Shown here: positions 45,302 to 53,773 of the stretch, piece after piece | Layout of the letters: every line of letters starts with the position of its first letter | Numbering within the stretch: position 1 is the first letter of the stretch | Virus record (IMG/VR): IMGVR_UViG_3300043391_000853 | Location: 32,001-96,000 of that record | DNA length: 64,000 nt | DNA from: a virus | Taxonomy: Duplodnaviria > Caudoviricetes | Strand: one strand, 5' to 3' | The notes under the pieces: generated by a model | Databases searched by the model: none | The model's input: only the letters and a program-made list of their open reading frames with translations | What the model was told of the DNA's origin: nothing | Made by a program: the position numbers and the translations under genes

Positions 45302-45322
45302 ACCTATGATTATATCATAGGT
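45302..45322 (-). promoter_or_regulatory. extended -10 promoter (TGaTATAAT) within a 9-bp inverted repeat
   Basis: ACCTATGAT-TAT-ATCATAGGT; TATAAT at 45309-45314 on minus strand. Confidence 0.6.
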
Positions 45323-45495
45323 TATTTGGATTTGTAGACTCTATAATGCTTTTTTCTCTTGTGAGCGTAGTTCTTATTGAACATACTGGTTAGTGCGCTT
45401 AGAGAAGACTCGAAGAAACTGAACAGTCCTTCTGCTGTGGGTTCTATGTGCGAGTTGTTGCATGCATAGTTATTATTATTTTTTTTGCTGAATTT

Positions 45496-47226
45496 ATGAC
45501 GGCCCATGATACGATTAAAGACACTGTGGATAAACTGCTCCGCAAAAACAACGCGAAGTCAGCATTTCTTGCCCGACAATTAATGTTTTCGGTACTGCCT
45601 CCCTCGCATTTTGTCGAGAATTATCTATATGATAACGAGGGTAGGTTGCAAAAGCTGGATGCGTTCCCTATGTTGAAGCATATATATGACAATATGCCTC
45701 AAAAGCTGTTACTGAAATGTAGCCGTAAAACTTTGAAGAGTACGCTACTCAGTAATTTTGTATGTCTTAATTTAATACGTTATAACTACTACAAGATGAT
45801 GTATGTTGGGCCCCAAGAGATGACTACAAAGTATTTTTCAAGTAATTACATCCCTCCCAGGTTTGATAGCCCGAAGATTAAGAATTTGCTCGTTAAAGGG
45901 TGGTTTAAAAATGATGTATTTGAAAAGATATTGGATGATACGCATAGTAGTGTGTTATTTAGATATGTTAGTGATGATGCCACCAGAACTCGTGGTCCTG
46001 CGATAGATTGTGTTGTATATGACGAAATACAAGACATCCAGCACGACCAGATTCCGATTATTCAAGAAACAATGGCTATGAGTCCATATAAGCGAGAAAT
46101 ATTTGCAGGGACCCCTTTGGACTCCACAAATACAATTCACAGAATATGGAACACATCTAGCCAGCTTGAATGGATGATGAAGTGTAGCGGTTGTAATCAT
46201 TGGAATTCTCTGACTGAAGGTAACGACCCATTAAAAATGGTGCTGCCTCACGGTCTTAGTTGTAGCAAATGTTCAAATCGTTTGAATTCACGTACAGGTG
46301 AATGGGTTAGCATGAATCCTGGAGAATCATTACTCACAGGTTATCATTTGGCTCAGCCGTTACTGCCGCACTTTAACGAAGATCCCAAAGAATGGAAAGA
46401 GATCCATGAAAAGGTGCATAGCGGTAAGAACGAGCTCAACGTGGTGATGAACGAAACGTTCGGTATAACTTACGATATAGGATCTAAGCCTATCACCAAA
46501 GAAGAGCTTGTGAAGCTGTGTGTGCTTGGTCCTCAGTTTGATGATGCCGAGGGCAAGAACATGACTATTCTTAATAAGCACAGGCATCTTTACTCGTTAT
46601 ACACCATGGGAATCGATTGGGGTGTTAGTATGGCTCAGTCTAGGACGGTAGCCACGCTCGGAGGAATGCGTCGGGATGGTATCTTTGAAATCATCATGGC
46701 TAAGATATATCGTGGATATGACCATGAGGCGCACATTAGAGATATAGCTGACAAGGCTAATACTGTGCATGCTTATTGTGTATCTGACTCTGGTCCTGAT
46801 CCAATACGAGGCATAAAACTTTGCGAACTCACAAGTCCGCAAAGATCTCAGTTAGCTGCCTATAGAAGAACCAAGATGATTCAGCATTTTGAGCCTGGTG
46901 TATATGACTGGAGACAGAACAGATGGGTACTGCATCGTTCCGACGTAATATCTCTAGTAATCAGGCAGCTTAAGGCCGGTAAAATCCTGTTCCCTCAGTG
47001 GGGTGATGTATCTGAGTATATGCAAGACCTTATGAACGTGTTTCTTGAGGTTCGTGACGGATTGTATGGGCAGGAGCTGATATATAGCCATCACCCAAAG
47101 CAACCGGACGATGCAATGCATAGTCTTGTGTTTTGCGTCTGTGCAGCCTATATGGCTACTGGCGATGCAGGGCTTATAGGACCTAGTTCATCGTACAAGG
47201 ATGACTTTGTGGCTGACGTTAGTTAA
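45496..47226 (+). CDS. terL: terminase large subunit (GpA-like, with Zn ribbon)
   Basis: RKTLKST Walker A variant, RG...YDEIQD, GTP, CSGC...CSKC, NETFG, GIDWG nuclease, PDDAMHS. Confidence 0.85.
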   Translation: MTAHDTIKDTVDKLLRKNNAKSAFLARQLMFSVLPPSHFVENYLYDNEGRLQKLDAFPMLKHIYDNMPQKLLLKCSRKTLKSTLLSNFVCLNLIRYNYYKMMYVGPQEMTTKYFSSNYIPPRFDSPKIKNLLVKGWFKNDVFEKILDDTHSSVLFRYVSDDATRTRGPAIDCVVYDEIQDIQHDQIPIIQETMAMSPYKREIFAGTPLDSTNTIHRIWNTSSQLEWMMKCSGCNHWNSLTEGNDPLKMVLPHGLSCSKCSNRLNSRTGEWVSMNPGESLLTGYHLAQPLLPHFNEDPKEWKEIHEKVHSGKNELNVVMNETFGITYDIGSKPITKEELVKLCVLGPQFDDAEGKNMTILNKHRHLYSLYTMGIDWGVSMAQSRTVATLGGMRRDGIFEIIMAKIYRGYDHEAHIRDIADKANTVHAYCVSDSGPDPIRGIKLCELTSPQRSQLAAYRRTKMIQHFEPGVYDWRQNRWVLHRSDVISLVIRQLKAGKILFPQWGDVSEYMQDLMNVFLEVRDGLYGQELIYSHHPKQPDDAMHSLVFCVCAAYMATGDAGLIGPSSSYKDDFVADVS

Positions 47227-48370
47227 AGCCTACTCTACGCTGCTCTGGGGGCTTGTAGCCCGTCTCGCTCGTGTAGTTGTATATTTCAGCTAGAGTCATC
47301 TCCTCGTTAATCTCAGACGCCTCTATACCTAGTTTTTCTGCGATTTTCCTGCAGTTGCTTACACTCAGTTTTTTGAACTCGTGTATCATCCTGAGTCTGC
47401 CTTTTCTAAGTAGCGCTTCGTCGATCTTATCTTTTTCTGTATTGAAGGTAGCGATGATAGTTATATTCAAAGCCTGACCAATAAAGCCGTCAGTAAGATT
47501 GAGTATGGTAGAGACAATCGTTGCGTTATCGGATACCTCTCTAGATAGTAAGGCCTTTTCGGCATCTTCAAGAACTAGGACGATATCCTTGTTCTCCATC
47601 AATAAAGGCATCATATCCGGATGTGTGAGTCTATCTATTAGACTTACTGGAATGTATGCAATCTTACGGGTTATCTCGCCAGTAAGTAGATGCTTGATGT
47701 AAGAGGATTTGCCTGTGCCGGGTTTACCGTAAAACAAGTATAAGCCTGAGGTCTTCTCATTAACGCTTTTAACAAGGGTACTATGAAAATCCTTGAACTC
47801 TTCGCCATAGTTTAACGCGAGGTCCATGTTCATCTCAGGTATAGGCATGCCTGCGAACGTGAGATCTCCGTAACTGCTGGAGAGCATGTACATTTTACTT
47901 TTACGTTCAAGCTTATGCTTATCCATGAGATTGAACACTATTTGAGCTTTGCTGCGATCACGGCAGGCTGCCCTGACACCTACATAAAGGTTCTCCATAA
48001 GCTGTTGCTTTTCTCTTAAGCTCTGCGAGGAGAATATTATGCCGTGCAGGTCGTAAGGCATGTCGTCTTGCCCTCCAGCTTTATATGTTACACTTAAAAA
48101 GATGCCTGCATAATCTGTTTCGGCCTTGCCTACCCAAACTCCTTCCTCAATTACACGATCACCGACTTTGTTAATGTCGGCACACAGAAGCTCAAAATAT
48201 TTCTGAATATCTTCCAAGCAGGTGGTTTCAAACTCATCAGAGAAACTCACTGTGGTAGGGAGTACACCGTAAAGCTTATTAAAAATGTACTCTAACCTTT
48301 TGGCGCTAGACGCCTGGGGCTGTAGGTAGAAATCGAACCCTATCAAGTTACTCGTGTTTAATTCATGCAT
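47219..48370 (-). CDS. AAA+ ATPase
   Basis: YGKPGTGKS, VLEDAE, ILNLTDG, TFN...IDEALLRKGRL, terminal RRVGF. Confidence 0.88.
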   Translation of the reverse strand: MHELNTSNLIGFDFYLQPQASSAKRLEYIFNKLYGVLPTTVSFSDEFETTCLEDIQKYFELLCADINKVGDRVIEEGVWVGKAETDYAGIFLSVTYKAGGQDDMPYDLHGIIFSSQSLREKQQLMENLYVGVRAACRDRSKAQIVFNLMDKHKLERKSKMYMLSSSYGDLTFAGMPIPEMNMDLALNYGEEFKDFHSTLVKSVNEKTSGLYLFYGKPGTGKSSYIKHLLTGEITRKIAYIPVSLIDRLTHPDMMPLLMENKDIVLVLEDAEKALLSREVSDNATIVSTILNLTDGFIGQALNITIIATFNTEKDKIDEALLRKGRLRMIHEFKKLSVSNCRKIAEKLGIEASEINEEMTLAEIYNYTSETGYKPPEQRRVGFN

Positions 48371-48906
48371 TCGTCTAAATATTTTTTAGTTGTTCTAATC
48401 TTATCTTGAAAGATCTCGTATAAGGCCTCGTTCTTGTTGTCATCATTTCCATCTTTCTCAAGCATCAAAGCCTTAGGGAAAAGCGCGGGAGGCTTATGGA
48501 ATCCGTAGTCGTAGAAAATTTTACCTGCGTACACTCTCACCTCTGGAGAAAAATGGAACTCGTCTCCACGGATAAGGTAGGCCTCAGTCATTCCACAGAT
48601 CAACTCTTCTGCCTCTAGAGGGTTGATCTCGTCTAAATTATCTGGTTGGTGGATGAATAGATAGTTCAGTGTCTCAAACACCGTTATTTTGTGCTCGTAC
48701 ACATCTGTAGTCAATACTGTGATCGCTGCTTGCAACTTGTCCGACTGCAGATCGGATATACTACAGGCGTAGTCTTCCTGGAGTTCAGCCCTCAATACCT
48801 CAGGCTCCCAAGGGTAACATTCGCTGCCGTATTTTTTAGTTACTAGCCACAGCAGTACAGTAGCCGGAGCTTTATCGTCTTCCAATATTTCTTTAGGGGT
48901 CTTCAT
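48358..48906 (-). CDS. hypothetical protein
   Basis: Start MKTPKE; WEPEVL...DKLQAAI...FSPEVRVY. Confidence 0.7.
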   Translation of the reverse strand: MKTPKEILEDDKAPATVLLWLVTKKYGSECYPWEPEVLRAELQEDYACSISDLQSDKLQAAITVLTTDVYEHKITVFETLNYLFIHQPDNLDEINPLEAEELICGMTEAYLIRGDEFHFSPEVRVYAGKIFYDYGFHKPPALFPKALMLEKDGNDDNKNEALYEIFQDKIRTTKKYLDECMN

Positions 48907-48933
48907 GGTTGTATGTTCTAGTACTGTAAACAT

Positions 48934-48964
48934 AAAAAGCCCGGAGGGTTAGTCCGGGCTTTTT
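48934..48964. terminator. bidirectional intrinsic terminator
   Basis: AAAAA-GCCCGGA-7nt-TCCGGGC-TTTTT. Confidence 0.85.
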
Positions 48965-48981
48965 AGCTGCTTGAGTGTAGC

Positions 48982-50049
48982 TTAGACAGGTCGGAGCCCT
49001 GTAATCTCTTCTAGGAGCTTCATGTCGCTCCTAGGCATTGTGGGAAGAATTTCCGCGATCTTTTCAGGATACGCGGGATCAATGCCGCTATCACCAAAGG
49101 CTTCTTCGTACTTATCTTTACTGATCTTGGAAAGATCATCTAGCTTGTATTTGTCGCCGTGTACTTCTACGTAGCTAAGGTCACTGGCAACTTTTGTTAT
49201 TTGCTCTGTAAGCAACATATCTACAGGATCTCCGAGAAGCTGAGCTGTCTTGGTGTTGTCGTAAAGACCTTCTGAATTTTCGATGTGGAACATTGTTTCC
49301 GCCACCTTCATGACTTCACCGAGGTTTGTCATGTTGGAGAGATCATCTATAATGGCGCTGTAAATTGCCTTATTGGCTTCACTCGCGAGCTTGGTGCTTC
49401 TACGCCAAACTTCCTGCCTCATTCCTGTGGGTCCGAGATCCGGGAAATACATACCGGCATACTTACATATGAGATCAGGCAGCTCATCTACACCAAGCTC
49501 TTCCGCAGCTTTCACAAAATTTTCAGCAGACTTAATTCTTGTTTGGAAGGGGAACTTGCTGATGTTTTTAACAAAAGCTTCAGCAGAATCGGTAAGGTCG
49601 CTCGCAGTCTTTACAGGATACAGCTGCATTACTATAGGAAAACCTCCGATATCCATCTGGTCATCCACCATGTACTGCGAGCCGTAATCACTGGCGAGTT
49701 TAACGTTAAGACTACTATTATAGTCCTGTAGGTCTTGAGAGATATCTAGAATCTCTGCAGCTTTCTCAATTTCTTTTTGTATTTGACTGGCGTAGTCTTC
49801 ACCGTATAGTTTAACTATATCAGCGCGCTTGTTTATGAAATGTGCGTTGGATACGTAAACCCTAGCCGCATTATTAATTGGATAAATCATCCTTTCAGGA
49901 TCAGCGAAAGCCGCTTTCGGAAGTTTCCGAAGGTCGTGCATATCGTCCACTTCAGCTGTTTTCACATACTCAGGTAGATCTACTCCAGCCACCATGTTGT
50001 ACAGTTCCTTGCCCGAATAGTCTGTCTGTTGGTCAAATGCGATTTTCAT
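48982..50049 (-). CDS. probable virion/head-associated protein rich in K-x-A motifs
   Basis: 355 aa; own promoter and terminator; many KTAS/KLAS/KVAS motifs. Confidence 0.7.
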   Translation of the reverse strand: MKIAFDQQTDYSGKELYNMVAGVDLPEYVKTAEVDDMHDLRKLPKAAFADPERMIYPINNAARVYVSNAHFINKRADIVKLYGEDYASQIQKEIEKAAEILDISQDLQDYNSSLNVKLASDYGSQYMVDDQMDIGGFPIVMQLYPVKTASDLTDSAEAFVKNISKFPFQTRIKSAENFVKAAEELGVDELPDLICKYAGMYFPDLGPTGMRQEVWRRSTKLASEANKAIYSAIIDDLSNMTNLGEVMKVAETMFHIENSEGLYDNTKTAQLLGDPVDMLLTEQITKVASDLSYVEVHGDKYKLDDLSKISKDKYEEAFGDSGIDPAYPEKIAEILPTMPRSDMKLLEEITGLRPV

Positions 50050-50059
50050 ATTTACTCTA

Positions 50060-50067
50060 ATTATACT
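50060..50067 (-). promoter_or_regulatory. -10 box (AGTATAAT) for the 355-aa gene
   Basis: TATAAT at 50060-50065, 10 nt upstream of ATG. Confidence 0.5.
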
Positions 50068-51351
50068 ATGTTATTAAACTCATTCAACTCGAAAATAAAC
50101 CTACCTAGCGTGGTCTCTAAATTGGGGCTAAGTACGTCGGAGTTCGAGTTTATGCGTGTGCCTTTGTTTGGTTGGTATGCTAAGTCTAAAACTGGCGGCT
50201 TTGTAGGCAATATATTTGATTTTTTCCCTATCGCTGATTGGCGACGACTTTACGGAATAATTTGTCGAGACTTCAGTGATTGCTTTGACTTTAGCCTACC
50301 ATACAGTGAATACGCAGAAAAGAACCTTTTTAAGGATCAGACTAGAATAATGCAGTATCAGTCGATGTGGCTTTTAAGCGTGGAAGAGGCTTACAACTCA
50401 CGGACGAGGCATAACGGAAAAATAATATATTTTAGAGACTTGTTGAATGAGTTGGGGCTGCCAGAGCTATTGAATAACAGATTTGGCTATCTTACAGACA
50501 AGGTCTTGAAGACTTTTCCGAAACTGGAGCTGGAAACAAAACATAAGTATAAAAAAACTTTGGTGATTCCTTCGTTCAGTTCACCTAAGCACATATGCTC
50601 TCTAGAGCTTTCAAGGCTTGGGGATCTAAATCAGCGTGAAAATATCTTTATAAATGGTGAATATGGTTGGTATGGTCGCCAGGGTGTGGAGATTGTGAAG
50701 GACCTTAACGAATTAAAGGTCAAGACAGGTAATACCTGGAACTATAAGAACGCGTATTGGAACACTTCGCCTGTGGGTGTTTCTGATATGCTGGGTGTCG
50801 GACAATTGATCAAGCTGTGGAGCGAGGCAGGCTCCTCAAAATTCAATAGCGACATTATTGAATTAATCACAGGAAAACAAGGCAACGACGATTTGGTGCA
50901 TCACGTCGGTACACTCAATTATAGTCAAGTTATTGAGCTAGAAAAAAATAGCGGACAAGAACTGATGTCCCACTGGATGAAGTCAAGGGAACAGCAGTTC
51001 AACGTTCACGGTAAAACCTACGTGAAAAGGGATAGAGCCTATTTCCTGGTAAAAAAGAATGAAGAGGAACAATTAACGAATTTCACTTTAGACATTAAGG
51101 AAATACGTAAAAAAAATGAAGATGAGTTTGTATGGTGCGGCATGGTATACTTTGAAGATCATGCGATCCCATTTGAAATGGAGGACAAGTACTTCATGTC
51201 GTGCCATCTCTTCACAAAAGGTATCCGCAAAATGTTTCTTAGCCTGGGTCTAGGTATACCTTTTATTAATGAAAAATATGTCAGGCAGTTGATCACAATG
51301 ATCCAGCTGACATGCTACGGTGTGCAGATAGTTACAACGCAGAATAGCTAA
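50068..51351 (+). CDS. hypothetical protein, possibly primase-derived
   Basis: Long ORF head-to-head with 355-aa gene; GWY...GNIFDF resembles a Cys-less primase Zn-binding domain. Confidence 0.7.
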   Translation: MLLNSFNSKINLPSVVSKLGLSTSEFEFMRVPLFGWYAKSKTGGFVGNIFDFFPIADWRRLYGIICRDFSDCFDFSLPYSEYAEKNLFKDQTRIMQYQSMWLLSVEEAYNSRTRHNGKIIYFRDLLNELGLPELLNNRFGYLTDKVLKTFPKLELETKHKYKKTLVIPSFSSPKHICSLELSRLGDLNQRENIFINGEYGWYGRQGVEIVKDLNELKVKTGNTWNYKNAYWNTSPVGVSDMLGVGQLIKLWSEAGSSKFNSDIIELITGKQGNDDLVHHVGTLNYSQVIELEKNSGQELMSHWMKSREQQFNVHGKTYVKRDRAYFLVKKNEEEQLTNFTLDIKEIRKKNEDEFVWCGMVYFEDHAIPFEMEDKYFMSCHLFTKGIRKMFLSLGLGIPFINEKYVRQLITMIQLTCYGVQIVTTQNS

Positions 51352-51367
51352 AGATAAATTTAGTTGG

Positions 51368-51407
51368 AAAAACTCTCCTGCCGGACCACATGGTCGCGGC
51401 AGGAGAG
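51368..51407 (-). terminator. intrinsic terminator
   Basis: CTCTCCTGCCG...CGGCAGGAGAG plus TTTTT. Confidence 0.8.
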
Positions 51408-51448
51408 AACCCTTATCCACAACTAAATTATAATATTGTTGAAATATT

Positions 51449-51541
51449 GCCTCCGCCGTGGTTAGGCCGAATGCTGGAGGCGCGCATTCAATGAAGTGGG
51501 AAACAATACCAATAAAACCCACGGACCAATACACTCACGGC
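51449..51541 (-). ncRNA. candidate pseudoknotted ncRNA
   Basis: GCCGTG/CACGGC, GTGGG/CCCAC and GAATGC/GCATTC stems; loop GCCTCC complementary to 3' GGAGGC. Confidence 0.55.
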
Positions 51542-51576
51542 TGATATCTTACCACCTTTTCGGTAGTAAAGCTTTG

Positions 51577-51789
51577 TCAAGCGACAGCAATCAACGAATT
51601 CGGATTACTACTCAACAAGATACCGTGACTGTTATACAAGGTTACAGAAGGCAGTGGCTGCACATTCTCTTGTACGGTACCCTCTGTTTCAGTAGGGAGA
51701 CCAGTCTTTGGTAATTTGTCTGTGCTCTGCTTCATAGAAGATAGCAGAGGAGTAAGATTGAACGTTTCGTTGATTGGTTGAATTGACAT
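51577..51789 (-). CDS. small hypothetical protein (start MSIQP)
   Basis: ATG 3 nt downstream of the tmRNA CCA end. Confidence 0.5.
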   Translation of the reverse strand: MSIQPINETFNLTPLLSSMKQSTDKLPKTGLPTETEGTVQENVQPLPSVTLYNSHGILLSSNPNSLIAVA

Positions 51790-51792
51790 AAA

Positions 51793-52274
51793 TGGTGGAG
51801 GTGAGGGGATTCGAACCCCTGTCCTTAGTGTTTCAGCATATAGACTTTCTACAGCTTTTCTGATTATTCCTATAAGTGCCCCGGACGTCAACCAGAAAAA
51901 ACCGACTTGCTGCGCTAATGCTCAACAAATCTTCTCCCCTGCAGGCATATTCTCAAACTTTTTACGAGGTCTGATCATGACTCGATCTAACGCAAAGGAT
52001 CTTGTGGTGTTTCGCAACCACTAGGTTACCCTCATCCTAGGTCATATTACCTGCGAGCAACGCTCGCTGCGGTTAAGCAGCAAGCAAAGCTTCAGAATCA
52101 ACGAATCCAAAGGACTCGAGGATTGCCTCAGCTTCTGCAACACTAGGCGCAAACGAATTGTCGTTAGCATTTATTTTTTTGTCCAGAGGATTTCCTGCCT
52201 AAGCAGCGAGGCCAACCAGACTTCCTCGGCTGAATCTACATACGTTAACACTAAGTCGAAACCAGTACACCCCC
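51793..52274 (-). ncRNA. ssrA: tmRNA (482 nt); tag ANDNSFAPSVAEAEAILESFGFVDSEALLAA at 52073-52168
   Basis: 5' GGGGGTGTACTGGTTTCGAC; 3' GACAGGGGTTCGAATCCCCTCACCTCCACCA; G3-U70; ATAAAT-GCT resume context; tag ends LAA. Confidence 0.93.
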
Positions 52275-52313
52275 AAAAACTAAAAACTACAAATAGACTT
52301 TTCTATTCAAAAT

Positions 52314-52322
52314 ATTATACCA
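52314..52322 (-). promoter_or_regulatory. extended -10 promoter of tmRNA
   Basis: TGGTATAAT about 40 nt upstream of mature 5' end; 14-mer identical to 52741-52754. Confidence 0.65.
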
Positions 52323-52343
52323 ATTTTATGCAGTAAACAACAG

Positions 52344-52685
52344 TTATATTTTTTCTACAGTTACCTTTGCGGTACCGCTTTCAAGCATACCTAGTTGTCT
52401 AGCTGCACAAAAATTCAAATCAATTATTCTCTGTTTGTGGAAAGGTCCACGATCCTCTATCAAAACAATGACAGACTTTTTAGTTCTATAAGAAGTCACT
52501 CTGACTAGACAACCTATGGGGAGCGTTTTGTGTGCGGCTGCAGGCAGCGATCTATTGAGTTTTTTGCCCGTGGAGGAGATCTTGTTTTCTTTCCCGTACC
52601 AGGAGGCTATTCCTGTTTCTTTGGCTTCACAATACGTACAATGTGAAAGCAGCATGTATATCAGTAGGGCGATCAGTTTAAACAT
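52344..52685 (-). CDS. rlpA: RlpA-like double-psi beta-barrel lytic transglycosylase with signal peptide
   Basis: GIASWYG, AAHKTLPIG, IEDRGPF, RIIDL...AARQLG. Confidence 0.9.
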   Translation of the reverse strand: MFKLIALLIYMLLSHCTYCEAKETGIASWYGKENKISSTGKKLNRSLPAAAHKTLPIGCLVRVTSYRTKKSVIVLIEDRGPFHKQRIIDLNFCAARQLGMLESGTAKVTVEKI

Positions 52686-52743
52686 AAATATTTATAATTG
52701 GTGAGTAATGTTGCATTTGAAAGAATACTTTCCTATGCATAAT

Positions 52744-52752
52744 ATTATACCA
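52744..52752 (-). promoter_or_regulatory. extended -10 promoter upstream of rlpA
   Basis: TGGTATAAT. Confidence 0.55.
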
Positions 52753-52762
52753 ATAAAAACGC

Positions 52763-53437
52763 CTATGTAGGATCTATGTAATAGTTGCTTTCTATATTCC
52801 TGCGTGAGCCTACAGTGCTTGGTGCATTTGGCCATGTAGCCTCTACTCCTGCTCTAGATGTGCTGCCTCTACCTTCAGGGTTAGGAGAAAAGTTCGTGTA
52901 GTCTATATTAAAGTGGCTTTTCAGGAGAACATACTTACGGTCAAAGCGTCCTTTGCCTGAACCGAAGCGTTCTTGTATCATTATGTCAACGTAGTATGTC
53001 CCGGCATACAGGTTCTCTGTTGCTGCCGAAGGTATCCATAACTCGAAATAGCCTGGCTCGCTTCTTGTGGGATATATACCTGCCTCCAGTTTACCGGACC
53101 ATATTGTTCCCTTTGCTCTCGGGCTTGTTTTGACCGAGGCTAGAATATCGTAATCCTCTTTAGCTACCGGTAAACCTGCATGGAAAAGGTAAATATCGTA
53201 TATAATATCCTCTCCTTGCGAGAAGACGTCCGGGTTTGATATGCCTGCCTCAAACGGAATACCAGGTATTCCGTCTATAGCTAAAGAGGACTGTGGCTCT
53301 GCAGCGTCTTGACTGCTTCTGGCTCTGATCTGTGAAGACTCCAGTTCCTCCATACCGTCTACCATGACCTTGCGTACACCTATGCTCTGGTTCTGTACAT
53401 CAGGCGTAAAAAACTGGGGAATTGCGTCTTCGTTCAT
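52763..53437 (-). CDS. putative virion structural protein
   Basis: Beta-rich; T.NLYAGTYYVDI motif seen in baseplate-type Ig folds. Confidence 0.55.
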   Translation of the reverse strand: MNEDAIPQFFTPDVQNQSIGVRKVMVDGMEELESSQIRARSSQDAAEPQSSLAIDGIPGIPFEAGISNPDVFSQGEDIIYDIYLFHAGLPVAKEDYDILASVKTSPRAKGTIWSGKLEAGIYPTRSEPGYFELWIPSAATENLYAGTYYVDIMIQERFGSGKGRFDRKYVLLKSHFNIDYTNFSPNPEGRGSTSRAGVEATWPNAPSTVGSRRNIESNYYIDPT

Positions 53438-53443
53438 AAGCTA

Positions 53444-53770
53444 TTATACACACACCTGCTCTAATGTGTTAGATGATGCGTTTCTTCTATAATAACATAA
53501 TTGAGATAAACCTAAAACACTTTTAACGCTATTAAAATCTGTTGGACCTAGGGAGGATAGCAGGTTTTCTGTTACTTGTTTGTTTACGTCTGGTGTAGTG
53601 ATGTTTCTCTTACCTCCGCAATTGCAGCTTTTTTTAGGAGCTGTACTTAATTCCATCTGACTGATTTGGGCGAGCTTGGGTACAGCTGCGGCTAGAGCTG
53701 GGTTATTTTTCGCAAGCGTAATAAGCTGATTTACGCTTGTGAGTATTAATTTTTTTTCTTGATTCGACAT
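53444..53770 (-). CDS. hypothetical protein with CNCGG motif
   Basis: 108-aa ORF in structural cluster. Confidence 0.65.
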   Translation of the reverse strand: MSNQEKKLILTSVNQLITLAKNNPALAAAVPKLAQISQMELSTAPKKSCNCGGKRNITTPDVNKQVTENLLSSLGPTDFNSVKSVLGLSQLCYYRRNASSNTLEQVCV

Positions 53771-53773
53771 ATT

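Noticed and set aside
45322-45507. 61-aa minus-strand ORF upstream of terminase
   Set aside because: Overlaps the terminase start head-to-head and has a low-complexity N-terminus; cannot be supported or excluded.
22278-47226. Inteins, introns or homing endonucleases in polA, helicases or terL
   Set aside because: Protein lengths are normal, with no intein splice motifs or split reading frames.
51250-51534. 94-aa minus-strand ORF
   Set aside because: GTG start, runs through a terminator hairpin and overlaps the convergent gene by about 100 nt; better explained as structured RNA.
51790-51891. N-terminal extension of ORF 51577-51891
   Set aside because: Overlaps the tmRNA 3' tRNA-like domain; the real start is more likely 51789.
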